NCBI GenBank assembly: GCA_965214705.1
Contig: OZ243972.1
Span: 512,001 to 576,000, forward strand
Origin: Alphaproteobacteria bacterium
Lineage (GTDB): Bacteria; Pseudomonadota; Alphaproteobacteria; UBA828
Direction: 5' to 3'
DNA length: 64,000 bases
The notes beneath the pieces were generated by a model. The model saw only the letters and a program-made list of their open reading frames with translations. It made no database searches and was not told where the DNA came from. Numbering within the stretch: position 1 is the first letter of the stretch; every line of letters starts with the position of its first letter. Of this stretch, positions 42,833 through 52,641 are shown piece after piece. The translations under genes and the position numbers were made by a program.

Positions 42833-43357
42833 TTATCTGTCGGCGAAGATGTCGTCGATCATGGCTCGGTACATGGTGCTCGTTTCGGCGCCGAAGCAGG
42901 CGAACACGACCTTTTTGAGCGCACTGCCGCCCTCGAAGTGATCGCGAGCTTCTGTCACGGCGATGCGCGTCGCCCGGTCGAGCGGATAGCCGTAGACGCC
43001 CGTGCTGATTGCCGGGAACGCGATCGACTCAATTCCCCTCTCGCCCGCCAGCTCGTAGCAGCGGCGGTAGCAGCATGCCAGAAGCGCGGGCTCGCCGCTG
43101 CCGCCGCCCTGCCACACGGGGCCCACGGTGTGGATCACGAAGCGGGCGGGCAGGTCGTAGGCGCCGGTGAGCTTGGCATCCCCGGTCTCGCAGCCGCCGA
43201 GCGTGCTGCATTCCTCCTTGAGGCGCGGCCCGGCGCCGCGGTGAATGGCGCCGTCCACCCCGCCGCCGCGCAGCAGCGCGTTGTTGGCCGCGTTGACGAT
43301 GGCATCGACCGCCAGCGTCGTGATATCGCCCTCGAAGACCTCGATCCGTTCGCGCAT
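42833..43357 (-). CDS. Macrodomain O-acetyl-ADP-ribose deacetylase (YmdB-like)
   Basis: [37 protein letters not shown]. Confidence 0.92.
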   Translation of the reverse strand: MRERIEVFEGDITTLAVDAIVNAANNALLRGGGVDGAIHRGAGPRLKEECSTLGGCETGDAKLTGAYDLPARFVIHTVGPVWQGGGSGEPALLACCYRRCYELAGERGIESIAFPAISTGVYGYPLDRATRIAVTEARDHFEGGSALKKVVFACFGAETSTMYRAMIDDIFADR

Positions 43358-43373
43358 GTGGCTGCCTCGATCG

Positions 43374-43700
43374 TCAGTCGCGGGGGTCGCTTTCGGCGAT
43401 GCCCGACAGCTCGACGGGCGGCCGGTCGGGAAACTTGGCGACGAGCGAGAGGCTGCCACCCATCGCCTCCACGGTCTTCCGCAGGGTGGAGAGCAGCAGA
43501 TCGCTACGCTGCTCGAGCCGGGAGACGCCGTCCTGGCTGATGCCGAGCTCGGCCGCGACGCGCGCCTGGGTGAGCTGCCGGGCCTTGCGCAGCTCGCGCA
43601 GGGTCATTTCCTCGGCGATGAGCTCGGCCGCCCGCTCCTCGACCCTCCGCCGTGCGTCGGGGTCGAGCCGCGCGATCACGTCGTCCACATTGACGGGCAT
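43374..43700 (-). CDS. XRE-HTH antitoxin (HigA-like)
   Basis: [12 protein letters not shown]...[24 protein letters not shown]; coupled to the toxin gene. Confidence 0.85.
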   Translation of the reverse strand: MPVNVDDVIARLDPDARRRVEERAAELIAEEMTLRELRKARQLTQARVAAELGISQDGVSRLEQRSDLLLSTLRKTVEAMGGSLSLVAKFPDRPPVELSGIAESDPRD

Positions 43701-44071
43701 TACGATCCTCCTTCCTGCGCAAGTCGGGCTAGGTGTCTGTCGAAGCGCTCGTCAGCCCTGCGGATGAGCGCGCGATAGAACCGTCTGGCGTTGCCTCCCG
43801 ACTTGTCGCCGGCAACGAGAAGCATGGCCCTGCGCTTCGGGTCGAAGGCGAAGGCGAGGCGCCATTCTCCATCCGCCGCGCTGAACCGTGCTTCCTTCAT
43901 GTTTGCGTGTCGGGAGCCATTAAGCGTGTCCACTTGAGGCCTTCCTAATTGCGGCCCGAACTGCTGCAAGAGGCGCGATAGGGCCAAGATCTGGATTCGC
44001 ACGTCTCTTCGTAGATTGTCGAACTCCGGCTGGAACTCGTCGGCAATTTCGACCGCCCATTTCTTTCTCAT
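43700..44071 (-). CDS. RelE/HigB-family type II toxin
   Basis: GPQLGRPQVDTLNGSRHANMKE, AFDPKR, LLVAGDKSG; toxin-first gene order. Confidence 0.85.
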   Translation of the reverse strand: MRKKWAVEIADEFQPEFDNLRRDVRIQILALSRLLQQFGPQLGRPQVDTLNGSRHANMKEARFSAADGEWRLAFAFDPKRRAMLLVAGDKSGGNARRFYRALIRRADERFDRHLARLAQEGGS

Positions 44072-44137
44072 CTTATGTTTTCCATACCATATGGCGTCAA
44101 GTGCATGTTGAGACGCTCGTCGTGGTCGTGCCCACCC

Positions 44138-47100
44138 TCACCGGAAGTCCCGGGAGTTGGGGATCACGCGCTGGTTGCGCGGGTGGCGCGAAGGAGACGC
44201 AGCGAGCCGCCTGCCGCCGTGCCGACCGGCCCCGGCGCTATCCGGCGACGGCTGCACAGCGCCCTCGTCCGGCGTCAGCAGATCGAACCAGTGGGTCAGG
44301 TCCTCCAGGTGAGCAGCCACCAAGTGGACGATCTCGCCGGCCCGCTGGACCCGGCCCCGCACCATCGCGAGCCGTGCGCCCAGCACCGCCCGGCGGTAGC
44401 GCTCCAGCACGTTGGGCCAGACCACAACGTTCACCACCCCGGTCTCGTCCTCCAGCGTCATGAAGATCACGCCCTTGGCGCTGCCCGGCCGCTGGCGCAC
44501 CAGCACAAGCCCTGCCGTCGCCGCCCGGTCGCCGTCCTGGGCGCGCAGGAGCGCCTCGGCCGGAAGCGCGCCCCGCCCCGCCAGCCGCTGGCGCAGGAAG
44601 GAGAGCGGATGCGCCCTCAGCGAGAGGCGGAGCGTGCGGTAGTCCTCCACCACCTGCTCGCCGTCGGCCATGGCCGGGAGCGCGACCGCCGGCTCCGGCC
44701 TCTCGCCGCGCTGGTCCGCCGCCTCGAAGAGCGGCAGCGGCGGCGCTTCGGCCAGCGCGCGGGCCTGCCACAGCGCTTGGCGCCGGTCGAGACCTGCGGA
44801 GCCGAAGGCATCCGCCGCCGCCAGGGTCTCGATGGCGGAGACCGGGATGCCGGCGCGGCGGTGGAGCGTCGCGATATCGGGATAGGGCGCATGGCTTTCG
44901 TTCTCCACACGCGCGTCTGTGATGCGCGTCGCGTCCTCCTGGCGCAGGCCGCCGATCTGGCGCAGGCCGAGACGGAGCGCACGGTGCTCCGCGCGGCGAC
45001 CCTCCCCCGCGTCCTCCCCCACATCCTCCAGGCTGTTGTCCCATCCGCTCGCGTTGACATCCACCGGGCGTACGGTGACGCCGTGCTCGCGGGCGTCGCG
45101 CACGATCTGGGCTGGGGCGTAGAAGCCCATGGGCTGGGCGTTCAGCAAGGCACACGCGAACGCGTCCGGGTGGTGGCACTTGAGCCAGGAGGAAACGTAA
45201 GCCAGCAGCGCAAAGCTCGCGGCGTGGGATTCGGGAAAGCCGTAGTCCCCGAACCCCTCGATCTGGCGGAAGCAGCGCTCCGCAAGCGCGGGCTCGTAGC
45301 CGCGCGCCACCATGCGCCCGACCATCCTCTCCTTCAGCTGGCCGAGGGTGCCGCGCCGGCGGAAGGTGGCCATGGCGCGGCGCAGCGCGTCAGCCTCGTC
45401 GGGCGTGAACTGCGCCGCCTCCATGGCGAGCCGCATCGCCTGCTCCTGAAACAGCGGCACGCCGAGGGTCTTCTCCAACACTTGGCGCAGCTCGTCCGGC
45501 GGGCCGTGCTCGGGCGCGGGCGCCGGGTAGATCACCTCCTCCAGCCCGTCGCGGCGGCGCAGGTAGGGGTGCACCATGTCGCCCTGGATCGGGCCGGGGC
45601 GCACGATCGCCACCTCGATCACCAGGTCGTAGAAGCGGCGTGGCCTGAGCCTCGGCAACATGTTCATCTGCGCCCGGCTCTCGATCTGGAAGACGCCGAC
45701 CGTATCGGCCCGGCACAGCATGTCGTAGACCGCCGGGTCGTCCTGCGGCACCGAGGCGAGCGTCAGATGCAGGCCCTTGTGTTGCGCCAATAATTCGAAG
45801 GCCTTGCGAATGCAGGTCAGCATGCCGAGACCCAGCACGTCGACCTTCATCAGCCCCAGCGCCTCCAGGTCGTCCTTGTCCCACTCGACAAAAGTACGCT
45901 CCTTCATCGCCCCGTTGCCGATGGGCACGATCTCCTCTAGCGGCCCGCGGGTGAGCACGAAGCCGCCGACATGCTGAGAGAGATGGCGGGGGAAGCCGAT
46001 CAACTCACCCACGAGCGCCACAGTCCGGCGCAGCAGGGGATCGGCGAGGTCGAGACCGGCCTCGCCGAGCCGCCGCACGACGGCGACGACGCCGTCGTGG
46101 TGCAGATCCCGAGCTGCGTCGGCGAGCGCTCCGCATGTGTCCTCGGAGAGACCCATGGCCTTGCCGACGTCCCGCGCCGCGCTCCGCCCCCGGTAGCTGA
46201 CGACGGTGGCGGCGAGGCCTGCGCGCGCGCGGCCGTAGCGGCCGTAGATGTACTGGATCACCTCCTCGCGGCGCTCGTGCTCGAAGTCGACGTCGATGTC
46301 GGGGGGCTCGCGGCGCTCGCGCGAGACGAAGCGCTCGAACAACAGGTCGACCCGGGCCGGATCGACGGCGGTGATGCCGAGGCAGTAGCAGACGGCGGAG
46401 TTGGCGGCGGACCCCCGCCCCTGGCAGAGGATGTCCTTCTCCTCGGCGAAGCGCACGATGTCGTACACGGTGAGGAAGTAGGGCGCGTAGCCGAGCTCGG
46501 CGATGAGCGCGAGTTCGTGCACCAGCGCGCGGCGGACCTTGGCCGGGATGCCGCCGGGATAGCACCGTTCTGCGCCCTCCCAGGTCAGCGCCTCCAGGTG
46601 CTGCTGCGGCGTAGTGCCGGAGGGCACCGGCTCGTCGGGATACTCGTAGGCCAGCTCGTCGAGGCTGAAGCTGCAAAGGTCCGCGATCTCCAGGGTGCGG
46701 GCGACGGCCTCCTCGTGGCCCCGGAAGAGCCGCGTTATCTCGGCCGCGCTCTTGAGATGGCGCTCGGCGTTGGCGGCGAGCCGATAGCCGGCCTGCGCCA
46801 CGGTGGTGCGTTCGCGGATCGCGGTCAGCACGTCCTGCAGGGGGCGGCGTTCGGGCGCGTGGTAGTGGACGTCGTTGGTGGCGACCAGCGGCGTCTCGTG
46901 GCGCTCGGCCAGCGCCGCGAGGCGATTGAGGCGGCTGCGGTCGTCGCCCCGGTAGAGCATGTGGGCGGCGAGATAGAGGGGGCCCGCATGGCGCCGGCGG
47001 AGTGCGGCCAGTGCCGCCGCAAACGGCGCGCCGTTCCCCTCACCGGCCTCTTGGTCCAGGCGATCCGGCGGCAGCGCGATCAGCACCTGGCCCTCGGCGT

Positions 47101-47458
47101 GGGCCGTCACGTCGTCCCTATGGAGCACGCAGCCGCCCTTGGCCGCGCGCCGCTGACCGAGGGTGAGCAGGCGGCAGAGGCGGCCGTAGGCGGCGCGGTC
47201 GCGGGGATAGCAGAGAAGCGAGAGGCCGCAGGCGAGATCGAGCCGCGCACCGACCAGGAACCGCAGACCGACCGCCTTCGCTGCGACGTGGGCACGCACC
47301 GCGCCGGCCAGCGTGTTGCGGTCGGCGATGCCGATGGCGGCGAGCCCGAGTTCCGCAGCCCGCTCCACCAGCTCGTCGGCGTGGGAGGCGCCGCGCAGGA
47401 AGCTGAAGTTGCTCACCGCCTGCAGCTCGGCGTAGGCGATGTTCGGACCGTCAACCAT
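44138..47458 (-). CDS. dnaE2: Error-prone DNA polymerase DnaE2 (ImuC)
   Basis: SNFSFLRGASH, GRGSAANS, PPDIDVDFEH, FPESHAASFA, C-terminal SRDFR. Confidence 0.97.
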   Translation of the reverse strand: MVDGPNIAYAELQAVSNFSFLRGASHADELVERAAELGLAAIGIADRNTLAGAVRAHVAAKAVGLRFLVGARLDLACGLSLLCYPRDRAAYGRLCRLLTLGQRRAAKGGCVLHRDDVTAHAEGQVLIALPPDRLDQEAGEGNGAPFAAALAALRRRHAGPLYLAAHMLYRGDDRSRLNRLAALAERHETPLVATNDVHYHAPERRPLQDVLTAIRERTTVAQAGYRLAANAERHLKSAAEITRLFRGHEEAVARTLEIADLCSFSLDELAYEYPDEPVPSGTTPQQHLEALTWEGAERCYPGGIPAKVRRALVHELALIAELGYAPYFLTVYDIVRFAEEKDILCQGRGSAANSAVCYCLGITAVDPARVDLLFERFVSRERREPPDIDVDFEHERREEVIQYIYGRYGRARAGLAATVVSYRGRSAARDVGKAMGLSEDTCGALADAARDLHHDGVVAVVRRLGEAGLDLADPLLRRTVALVGELIGFPRHLSQHVGGFVLTRGPLEEIVPIGNGAMKERTFVEWDKDDLEALGLMKVDVLGLGMLTCIRKAFELLAQHKGLHLTLASVPQDDPAVYDMLCRADTVGVFQIESRAQMNMLPRLRPRRFYDLVIEVAIVRPGPIQGDMVHPYLRRRDGLEEVIYPAPAPEHGPPDELRQVLEKTLGVPLFQEQAMRLAMEAAQFTPDEADALRRAMATFRRRGTLGQLKERMVGRMVARGYEPALAERCFRQIEGFGDYGFPESHAASFALLAYVSSWLKCHHPDAFACALLNAQPMGFYAPAQIVRDAREHGVTVRPVDVNASGWDNSLEDVGEDAGEGRRAEHRALRLGLRQIGGLRQEDATRITDARVENESHAPYPDIATLHRRAGIPVSAIETLAAADAFGSAGLDRRQALWQARALAEAPPLPLFEAADQRGERPEPAVALPAMADGEQVVEDYRTLRLSLRAHPLSFLRQRLAGRGALPAEALLRAQDGDRAATAGLVLVRQRPGSAKGVIFMTLEDETGVVNVVVWPNVLERYRRAVLGARLAMVRGRVQRAGEIVHLVAAHLEDLTHWFDLLTPDEGAVQPSPDSAGAGRHGGRRLAASPSRHPRNQRVIPNSRDFR

Positions 47459-49217
47459 AGAGCCCGTGGACGTACCAGCGGGGCGAGGCCTCGGCATCGC
47501 CGCCGTCATCGCCGTAGAGCCCGGCGCGGTAGAGCCAGTAGCGCCGGCCCTCTGCGTCCTCGACGCGGTAATAATCGCGCACCGCCTCGTCCCGCCCGCC
47601 GGCGCCAGCCCACCATTCCGGCTCGATGCGCTCGGGCCCGGCGGCGCGGGCGACCCGGCGGCGCACCCGCCGCCAAGTGAAGAGCAGGGGCGGGCCGTCC
47701 GGCACCTCGGCCATCACGTCTATCGGCTCGGGCCGGTCGAACAGGCGGAAGGGCCGCTGCGGCGCCGCAGGCGCTTCGGACACCGCGCGCCAGGGCGCAG
47801 GCTCCCGGCCGGGGGGCACCGCCCGCTCCGCCGTCTCCGGCCTGTGTCGGGCGACCGGCTCCAGCCGGCAGACGGCGCCGTCGCCGAGCTTTGCCAGCAG
47901 GCGATCGACCAGCAGGTCCACGCCGCCCTGCCGCCGTCTGTCCCCGGTGAGGGAAAGCTGCGCGGGCGCGAGCGGCTCGACGCGCTCGGCGTGGAGTGCC
48001 GCAAGATCGATGCCGAAGCCGGGATCGATGGTCTCCAGCGTCTCCCGGAAGAGGCGCAGCAGGTGATCGCCGTCCCTCGTCGCGCGCGCCGTTGCCACCG
48101 CGCGCCGCACCACGCCGCCGTCCACCCGGTAGCACCAGAGCGCGAGCCGGCGGACGCCGAGCCCGTCCCGCTCCAGGGACACGGTGAGCCCCGGCATGAG
48201 CCGGGCCAGCATCGCATCCAACCCCGCCCGGTCGATCAGGGGTTCCGGCAGGGACAGGCGCTCCAGGCAGGCGGGCGGCGGGGCCAGGGGCACGATCGGC
48301 TCGGCGAACCGGCCCAGCGCCCGGTCGAGACGCGCGAGCACCGCGCTGCCCCGCTCCCGGCTGGGGAAGCGGCGGGCGAGCGACGCGCGCGGCAGGCCGT
48401 CCACCGCGCCGATGGTGACCAACCCCAGGCGCCGCAGCAGGTGGGCGTCCTCGGCCGCGAGCCTCAGCCCCTCGACCGGGAGGTCCGCGATCGCCGCACG
48501 GGCCTCGCCGGGCGCGGCGATGCGTGCGTCCGGACGACCGTTCGCTGCCGGGCCGAAGCGAGCCAATGCCCAGGCGGCGCCCGGCGTGTCCGCGAGGCCC
48601 AGGCGGTTCTCGATGCCCAGGCCCGCGAGTCGCGCCGCGATCTCGTCCATGAGCGCCGCCTCGCCGCCGAAGAGGTGGGCGCAGCCCGTGATGTCGAGCA
48701 GCAGCCCGCCGTCGCCGCTATCGCCACAGCCGTCGTCGCTGCCGTCCACCGCGCACCAGGGCGTGAAGCGGTTGCACCACAGGGCGAGCCGCTCGAGCCC
48801 CTGCCGGTCCGCCGCCGCATCGGCGCGCGCGGTCACCAAACCGGCGAGCAGGGCGCGGGCATCGGCGAGGCGCATGCCGGGCCTCAGTCCCTTTGTGCCG
48901 GCCTCGCGGTTGACCGCCCACAGCACCGGCCCGCGCCGACCGGGTGCGACCAGCGCAAAGGGGACCGGTGTGGTCGAGTTTTTGTCGCTCACGGCGGCCG
49001 GCCTGCGGCCGGCGCCTGCCGCGAGGGCGCCGCATTCGCGGCGGGCCGCGGTCGCGGCCTGTCGCGAGCCCGTCAAGGACGGCCTCGCTCTAGCCTCAGC
49101 CGCCGGCGTGTGCGCGGCCTCGGGCTCGGCGCGGGGCCTCGATCTCGCTCGCGCTCGCTCGCGGCGTAGCCGGTCGATCGGCCAGCGCGGCAGCCATATG
49201 GAAATCACCCGTCTCAC
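47451..49217 (-). CDS. imuB: Y-family polymerase-like ImuB
   Basis: RVISIWLPRW, GMRLADARA, LLDITGCAHLFGGE, GPERIEPEWW, RDYYRVED, WYVHG. Confidence 0.92.
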   Translation of the reverse strand: MRRVISIWLPRWPIDRLRRERARARSRPRAEPEAAHTPAAEARARPSLTGSRQAATAARRECGALAAGAGRRPAAVSDKNSTTPVPFALVAPGRRGPVLWAVNREAGTKGLRPGMRLADARALLAGLVTARADAAADRQGLERLALWCNRFTPWCAVDGSDDGCGDSGDGGLLLDITGCAHLFGGEAALMDEIAARLAGLGIENRLGLADTPGAAWALARFGPAANGRPDARIAAPGEARAAIADLPVEGLRLAAEDAHLLRRLGLVTIGAVDGLPRASLARRFPSRERGSAVLARLDRALGRFAEPIVPLAPPPACLERLSLPEPLIDRAGLDAMLARLMPGLTVSLERDGLGVRRLALWCYRVDGGVVRRAVATARATRDGDHLLRLFRETLETIDPGFGIDLAALHAERVEPLAPAQLSLTGDRRRQGGVDLLVDRLLAKLGDGAVCRLEPVARHRPETAERAVPPGREPAPWRAVSEAPAAPQRPFRLFDRPEPIDVMAEVPDGPPLLFTWRRVRRRVARAAGPERIEPEWWAGAGGRDEAVRDYYRVEDAEGRRYWLYRAGLYGDDGGDAEASPRWYVHGLYG

Positions 49218-49968
49218 GGTTCCACTCCACCTCGCAGATCGCAGGCCGCCCGCCGCGCGCGCGCACAAGCGCGAGGCGCCAGCGGGGCAGGCCGGGCGCG
49301 CTCTCGTCGAACGGATCGGCGCGGCTCGGCAGCGCCGCCACCCGCCAGCGCGTGAGCGCCGCGCTCGCCGGGCCGAGCGCGTCGTGGCGCAGCAGCAGCG
49401 CCGGCGTCGCGCCTTCGGCCGCAGCGAGCGCGAGGCGCCGGCTGGCGACGAAGGGGATGCCCTCGGCCTCGGCCAGCACCGCCGTGAGCGCACCGCAGCG
49501 CAAGCCCTCCTCCATCGCCCAGGGCACGTCCTTCTCGCGGCGGGCGCGGAGGATCAGCAGGTCTGCCGGCTCCAGGCCGAGGTCGCGCCAGCCCGGCCCG
49601 TGGAGGCGGCCGAAGCGGGCGGCCCCGCCCCGGCTCTGGCAGACCAGCACCGCGCCGCGCTCGCCGGCGCGCGCATGCCGGGCCAGCAGTGCCGCGAGAA
49701 AGGCGGCGGCGGCCGGCCCGTCCGCAGCATTCGCGCCCGCGGCCTCGTGCAGGCCGTCAGGCGCGAGGCCGCCCTCCGGCAGGGCGCCGTCCAGGGCATC
49801 GATACCGAGCGGCCAGGGCCGCCCCGCCCGGCTTCCGACAGTGGCGCCCTCCAGCGCGGCCGGGCGGCGTTCGAGCGCCGCGATGCGCCGCCGCAGCGCT
49901 GCCAGATCGACAGTGCCGTTGCACGGGGACCCGACTCGCATCGGGGATATGGGGCGAGAGGCGCTCAT
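49096..49968 (-). CDS. imuA: ImuA (RecA/SulA-like)
   Basis: LGIDALDGALPEGGL..GLHE, WAMEEGLRC, SRRLALAA, SAALTRWRV. Confidence 0.9.
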   Translation of the reverse strand: MSASRPISPMRVGSPCNGTVDLAALRRRIAALERRPAALEGATVGSRAGRPWPLGIDALDGALPEGGLAPDGLHEAAGANAADGPAAAAFLAALLARHARAGERGAVLVCQSRGGAARFGRLHGPGWRDLGLEPADLLILRARREKDVPWAMEEGLRCGALTAVLAEAEGIPFVASRRLALAAAEGATPALLLRHDALGPASAALTRWRVAALPSRADPFDESAPGLPRWRLALVRARGGRPAICEVEWNRETGDFHMAAALADRPATPRASASEIEAPRRARGRAHAGG

Positions 49969-49972
49969 GATT

Positions 49973-50005
49973 GTTCACTATTTGTTCTTTTACAAGACCT
50001 GTCAA
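49973..50005 (-). promoter_or_regulatory. Alphaproteobacterial LexA box overlapping the imuA promoter
   Basis: GTTC-ACTATTT-GTTC (49973-49987); TTGACA (50000-50005, minus) N17 AATAGT. Confidence 0.88.
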
Positions 50006-50066
50006 GCCACGCGTGCCGCCCCATCGGTGGTGGGGCGGCATTTTGGAAATGTCACTCACGGTGAAG

Positions 50067-50214
50067 ATTGCGGAATCAGGCCGGGCGGGGAAATGGGCGC
50101 AATATCAGCACTCTAGCGGCTGCCAGCGACAACGGACGGAGGCCGCGCTTCCTCAATTGTGGAATCGTGCCAATTCAGGCGGTTAGCGCATATTGAGGAA
50201 TCCGATGGGGAATC
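50067..50214 (+). repeat. Dispersed ATTGNGGAATC repeats (candidate transposase-binding sites)
   Basis: Copies at 50067, 50156 and 50192; degenerate copy at 50204; inverted partial TTCCTCAAT at 50149. Confidence 0.6.
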
Positions 50215-50276
50215 GCTTCGCCGGATGGGACCCTGCCTGTTTCCCTCGCCACACCGCCCGTGCAAGGACCATGCAA

Positions 50277-52372
50277 CCCATCTTTGCCATTTTGGCGCGC
50301 GCCTGCGACCTAAGTAGTTGCGATGATGGGCTGATTTTCTGGCCCATCTGGGATTATGGCACTACGTTTGTGCGCTCATCGCGACACTCCCGGGAGCACC
50401 GCCCGGCGCCTGTGGGGATCCACCGTGAGGCCCGCCGCCTGCGCGATGACGCGCGCCTCGGCGTCGGGTTGAGCATCCTGGCGGATGACGATGCGGTTTC
50501 CGTCCACCTCCCGGATGGTGGAGGTGAGACGCACCCAGCCCGCGAGCTTGTCGCGGATCGTACTCCAGCGGTCATGCAAGCCGTGCGCCGCCAGACGGGT
50601 TCGCAGCAGATGAACCGCGTGGTAGGCGAGGACGGCGATGAACAGGTGGGCGGCGATGCGCGAGGTCTTGGAGTGCCAGACCGGGCGCAGGCCGATTTCG
50701 GATTTCAGGCTGCGGAAGGTGGCCTCGAGCTCTGTGAGCTTCCAGTAGGTTCGGACCACGGTTTCAAGATCCCACTCGACGTGGCTGGTGCGCAGCACAT
50801 AGATGCCCGCTTGGCGGTCGCGCTCGGCATGGAGAGCGTTGCGCCTCCAGCGGACCGCACTGGCCCGCCCCTTCTCTCCGGGCTCGACCTCGATGTCGTA
50901 CTGACGGTGGACGCGCCTGTACCTTTCCTTCAGCCGGCCCAGCTTCTCCATCACCTTGGTGAACTGCTTGATGTGGTTCTTCTTCGACAGCCCGCCATGC
51001 AGGGCGCGCAGGGCGTCCTCGAAGTTGTGACGCTGACGGGCGAGCACGGCCTCGTCCTTCTGCTGGCGCTCATGGCTCCAGACGCACAGGTGCGCTTCGT
51101 CGTCCCCTGCCGCGAGACGCCAGGCGCGGGCATCGTGGCCGGCCCGGGTTTCGAAGGCGGCATCGGCTTCGCGCCCGGGCGGCGCCGAGACGCCGCGGCG
51201 AACGGTGATCCAGTGATAGCCGCCCGCCCGCAGCCAGGCGAGGTTGGCCTCGGTGGAGATGCCGGCGTCCATGATGACCGTGGGCCTGGGGGCGTTGCTG
51301 CCGCGCGCTTGGCATTCCAGCCGCCCGATGGCGTCGGCGAGAGTGGCCGGCTCGGAGATGTTGCCGGGCAGGATCTCGCTGTGCTGCGGAAAGCCGGCCT
51401 GGTTCAGCGACAGGGCCAGGGTCACGATCGGACAATCGTCACGCCTCTGCTTCGAGCGCCCGAAGCGGGCCAGCGCGGAGCTGGGCCGTCCGGTCATATG
51501 GGTGTTGGTCAGGTCGAAGAAGACGATGGTGTCGGGGATGCCGAAGAGATCGCGCTCCCGGGCGCACAGCGCCTCTTCAAGCGCCGCGCGGTGACGCCAC
51601 AAGAGGTCGCCGATGCGGTAGAGCTTACTGAGCGTGAGCGACTTGCCGCTGTCGACATCGAGCAACTCCAGGGTCGCGCTGTTCGCGCTCAGCCAGCGGA
51701 AGGCCTCGCGCTCGCTGGAGGGATGGATCATGCGCGCGACCACCAGTGCCGCCGCGATGCGTGCGTCGCGCTCACTTGCGCCCAGCCTCTCCAGCGTCTC
51801 GATGAAGCGAAGGTCGTCAAGCGCGGCGAGAGCCAGGCGCTCGCAGCCCACCGAGCGGACCTGTTCGTGGGAGAGGCTATCGAGACGGACCGTGGCCAGG
51901 TCGCTCTCGTCCCCGGGCCGCGACGCGCCGAGATCGCGGGCGTGAAGCCGCCGTACGACGTCCTCGGCGACGGGGCGCAAGGCGGCATCCGGCTCCAGCA
52001 GCGGCTCGCTGCCGGCGAGAAGGGTTTCGATCAGAAGCGCCAATTCGCGCCATTGCTCCTCGGGCACACCGAAGTCGGCGCCGAGATTGAGGAGCGTGAC
52101 CTGGCGCACCCTTCCGCCGATGCGTTCGCTGCGCACGAGGCGGTAGGTGGCATAGCGCTCGCCACCGTCTCCGCGACCGGTGAGGGTTTTGCGAATGAAC
52201 ATGGCGGCAGGGTCACGGACAGTTTGCGGACTGTCAAGGAGCGCCGGCCCACAGACCAAAGATTATGGCACTACAATGGACTTCCCAAAACACAATCCAA
52301 CAAAATCAGTGCCTTAGATCCCAAAGGCTACCCAAAATCAGGCCTTCGGGACCGAAAAGTGGCAAAGATGGG
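50277..52372 (-). mobile_element. IS1634-family insertion sequence, copy A2
   Basis: Same IRs and length as 153-2248; 4-bp duplication GCAA (50273-50276, 52373-52376). Confidence 0.92.
50376..52202 (-). CDS. IS1634-family DDE transposase
   Basis: Same protein as 323-2149 apart from EVESG vs EVEPG. Confidence 0.92.
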   Translation of the reverse strand: MFIRKTLTGRGDGGERYATYRLVRSERIGGRVRQVTLLNLGADFGVPEEQWRELALLIETLLAGSEPLLEPDAALRPVAEDVVRRLHARDLGASRPGDESDLATVRLDSLSHEQVRSVGCERLALAALDDLRFIETLERLGASERDARIAAALVVARMIHPSSEREAFRWLSANSATLELLDVDSGKSLTLSKLYRIGDLLWRHRAALEEALCARERDLFGIPDTIVFFDLTNTHMTGRPSSALARFGRSKQRRDDCPIVTLALSLNQAGFPQHSEILPGNISEPATLADAIGRLECQARGSNAPRPTVIMDAGISTEANLAWLRAGGYHWITVRRGVSAPPGREADAAFETRAGHDARAWRLAAGDDEAHLCVWSHERQQKDEAVLARQRHNFEDALRALHGGLSKKNHIKQFTKVMEKLGRLKERYRRVHRQYDIEVEPGEKGRASAVRWRRNALHAERDRQAGIYVLRTSHVEWDLETVVRTYWKLTELEATFRSLKSEIGLRPVWHSKTSRIAAHLFIAVLAYHAVHLLRTRLAAHGLHDRWSTIRDKLAGWVRLTSTIREVDGNRIVIRQDAQPDAEARVIAQAAGLTVDPHRRRAVLPGVSR

Positions 52373-52641
52373 GCAAGAGCGTTTTGCTCTCCTGAAACAG
52401 CTATCCGGCGCCTCCGTCGGGTGCGAGAGTGATTCGCCCGAGAGCCTCTCCGCTGGCGAAGGCGGGACGAGGCCGGGTGAGAACTCTCCGAAGCTGGAAG
52501 CGCCAGCGCTATGCGCTTGCTGCATGCGTGGCGTCCGTCGGGCCGCCCATGAGCGCGGCTATCCGGGTGCTGACCCGCCGGTCTCAGTCGACGCAATCAA
52601 CTCGTTGGCAAGCGCAACGAGACGGGCCGCCCTCTCCTTGA

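Noticed and set aside
42833-43357. DarG antitoxin of a DarTG system
   Set aside because: Stand-alone YmdB-like macrodomain without the DarG C-terminal domain, and no darT nearby.
50014-50044. Hairpin TGCCGCCCCA/TGGGGCGGCA + TTTT as a matched terminus with GCCGCCCA at 61180-61187
   Set aside because: Only ~7-8 bp of GC-rich similarity and no target duplication; equally explained as a terminator.
153-52372. Composite transposon or inversion bounded by the inverted IS1634 A1/A2 pair
   Set aside because: A2 keeps its own GCAA duplication on both sides, the outer flanks do not match, and the enclosed DNA is core genes.
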